Shown here in pieces: positions 25,884 through 27,605 of a stretch of DNA of 27,605 bases. The stretch covers positions 1 through 27,605 of the forward strand of contig JBOGQX010000040.1 in the NCBI GenBank assembly GCA_050749285.1, read 5' to 3'. The position numbers and the translations under genes were made by a program. The notes below the pieces were generated by a model. It ran no database searches. It saw only the letters and a program-made list of their open reading frames with translations, and was not told where the DNA came from. Origin of the DNA: Nitrosotalea sp. GTDB taxonomy: Archaea > Thermoproteota > Nitrososphaeria > Nitrososphaerales > Nitrosopumilaceae. Within the stretch, counting starts at the first letter, position 1; each line of letters starts with the position of its first letter.

Positions 25884-25924
25884 GGTTCAGACCTGTAAGA
25901 GTCCGAGTTCTACAGGTTTAGTTC
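25884..25924. repeat. Palindromic repeat, copy C (overlaps the stop codon of the YVTN-protein gene)
   Basis: GGTTCAGACCTGTAAGAGTCCgagttCTACAGGTttagttc. The first 21 nt are identical to the reverse complement of copy A, with about 33/42 identity over the full length. It has its own 7-bp stem ACCTGTA/TACAGGT. Confidence 0.75.
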
Positions 25925-27605
25925 AATGTGATGTTCTGGTTTGACAAACTTAAGTTATTTTGTCGCAACATGCCAAGGCTCTCAACAAGTTTTTCTGCCT
26001 TTTCTGCCTCTGTCTTCATTGCAGTATCTTCACCTTTATCATATCGGTACAGCTGCAAGACCTTGTCATGTGCATATTCGTCAAGTATCGAGGTTGCAGT
26101 GTCTGACGGTATGAAATTGGCAGTGGAATCAAGGTATGCTGTTTGTACCAAATATTTTTCTGCCTTTTGTGCTTCTTGTTGCATTGCCATCTGTTCTCCT
26201 TTCACGTCCTGCCTGTATAGCATTTGTGGAATGTAGGTATAGTCGTGGTCTGTTACTTTTGGTAGCTCAGACTTTTTGAACAAACTGTATACCATATCGC
26301 CTATCACATTTCCTGACTTGTCACTTTCAACCATTGTCAGCTTGTCAGCACCCTTGTCGTATACCCAGTTGATATCAACAGAGGAATAGACGTTCTGCAT
26401 GCTGTGCTCCCTGGCAAGAAGTGTGGGGATGTAATAGCCGTCTTTGTCTAAAATATTTTTCAGTGTAATATAATCACCGTACTGGTTGTCTGGAACCTTC
26501 TGTACTGGAACGGGTGCATTTGGGTCCACTATGACTATGGCACCCCATATTGGCACATCGCCTGATGCAAGCTTGTCATCCCACATCCTCATCACAAGTG
26601 ACGAGTCAGACATTGTCTTTTGCGGGGTCACCGTAAAACTGGCATAAAGATAGTTTCCGTCTGTCTTTGTGGTAACATTGGGGCTTGAAAATATTCCGTT
26701 AGGATCATGGATCTGTACTCCGTCATGCTTGTCCCAAGATATCCACGTGTCTGCGTTTGGAACAAATACGTCACCCTTGAAGTGAAGGTACAGTCCCACA
26801 TGCGATATGGTATATCCTCCCCTTTCGTCGTATATCTTAAAATCAAATGTGGATTGTGAGCCTATCTTGAGGACCTGCTGAGGAATGACACTGTGATAGT
26901 TTTTGACGTCAAATGACTGTCCGTTGATCTCAACTCCTCCTCCGTACTGGTTGTGATAGTCGTTTCCGATGCTTGGCGAGTGGTATATTGTAACATCATG
27001 CCCGCCTGTTGTGGTGGTTGGTAAACCAGCATCTATTACAGATACGTTATTGCTATTATCATTTGTTACAAATATTTCCCCCTTTGCAGAGTCGTATGCT
27101 GCTCCCTCAGGGGTGGTACCAACAGGGATTGTAGCAACTACGGTATTGGTGGTGTCATCTAATACAGATACGTTATTGCTACCTTCATTTGCTACAAATA
27201 TTTCCCCCTTTACAGAGTCGTATGCTACTCCATCAGGCTGGGTACCAACAGATATTGTAGTTACTACGGTATTTGTGGTGTCATCTATTACAGATACGGT
27301 ACCGCTATCATGATTTGCTACAAATATTTCCCCCTTTGCAGAGTCATATGCTACTCCCTCAGGGGTGGTACCAACAGGGATTGTAGCAACTACGGTATTG
27401 TCAGGTCTCTTATTACAGATACGTTATCGCTGCCATCATTTGTTACAAATATTTCCCCCTTTGCAGAGTCGTATGCTACTCCAATAGGCTGGGTACCAAC
27501 AGGGATTGTAGCAACTACGGTATTTGCAGCATATGCTGCATGAGCAAAAAAGGAGCCAAAAATTGCAAGAGCCATCATACCAAGAATTATCTTTTGGCTT
27601 TTCAT
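25918..27605 (-). pseudogene. Secreted protein with four YVTN-type beta-propeller repeats and a ~350-aa unknown C-terminal region; reading frame broken by a 1-nt deletion
   Basis: The start ATG is at the very end of the window, with signal peptide MKSQKIILGMMALAIFGSFFAHAAYA. Repeat 1 is in one frame and stops at 27390. A second frame is open from 27423 down to 25918 and has no ATG/GTG/TTG before 26799, which is why the ORF track shows only 293 aa. That frame encodes repeats 2-4 (NTVVATIPVGTTPEGVAYDSAKGEIFVANHDSGTVSVIDDTT etc.) plus the C-terminal region. Repeat 1 spans 125 nt; the other repeats span 126 nt. Confidence 0.7.
27022..27524 (-). repeat. Four tandem 126-nt (42-codon) coding repeats (YVTN beta-propeller blades)
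   Basis: Units lie at 27524-27400 (125 nt), 27399-27274, 27273-27148 and 27147-27022. The consensus peptide is NTVV.TI.VG..P.G.AYDS.KGEIFV.N..S..VSV.D. Confidence 0.85.

Noticed and set aside
25838-25900. Possible box C/D sRNA (ATGATGT ... CTGT ... GTGAAAG ...)
   Set aside because: Only the C-box-like heptamer is reasonable. There is no CUGA D or D' box at the required 12-nt guide spacing and no terminal stem. Similar checks near copies A and D also failed.
27022-27524. CRISPR-like periodicity
   Set aside because: The period is 126 nt with no repeat/spacer alternation. The units are 42-codon protein repeats (YVTN blades) with conservation along their whole length. This is not a CRISPR array.
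26969-27543. Plus-strand ORFs 26969..27313 and 27310..27543, and minus ORF 26628..26846
   Set aside because: The two plus-strand ORFs are mirror images of the minus-strand YVTN repeats, so their own repeats merely reflect the coding repeats. The minus ORF 26628..26846 is an alternate frame of the same gene.

Overview
AT-rich, tightly packed archaeal chromosome segment. TFB, Alba, archaeal-type AspRS, deoxyhypusine synthase, a PAC2/HbYX proteasome chaperone and frequent GTG/TTG starts suggest an ammonia-oxidising thaumarchaeon (Nitrosopumilales-like); this taxon call is inference from gene content only. Positions 1-17.3 kb are mostly housekeeping: an ilvB(partial)-ilvN-leuA-leuB operon, aspS, smc, myo-inositol-1-phosphate synthase, deoxyhypusine synthase, and a tight RAM-domain / CysRS-like / GNAT operon. 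This block is interrupted at 5.8-9.5 kb by a decayed transposase relic and by an OppD/OppF-type ABC ATPase pair. That pair has no permease or binding-protein gene nearby and is split by an opposite-strand gene for a secreted Q/T-rich repeat protein. Positions 17.3-27.6 kb mix conserved genes (UbiE-like methyltransferase, DUF98-like protein, TFB, PAC2, LysE, Alba) with accessory or decaying genes. These are a secreted glutamic-peptidase (G1)-like protein, an integrase N-terminal fragment lacking its catalytic domain, a wHTH-MNT/HEPN toxin-antitoxin pair whose HEPN gene is broken by a 5-bp tandem duplication, and a secreted YVTN-repeat protein broken by a 1-nt deletion. The most unusual non-coding signal is a family of imperfect palindromic repeats (core GGTCTGAACC / CCTGTAAGAG) at four intergenic sites, including a 21-nt exact match between two copies; two left-arm copies flank the peptidase gene as direct repeats. 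I found no rRNA, tRNA or CRISPR array. All family assignments come from motif recognition by eye, not database searches.
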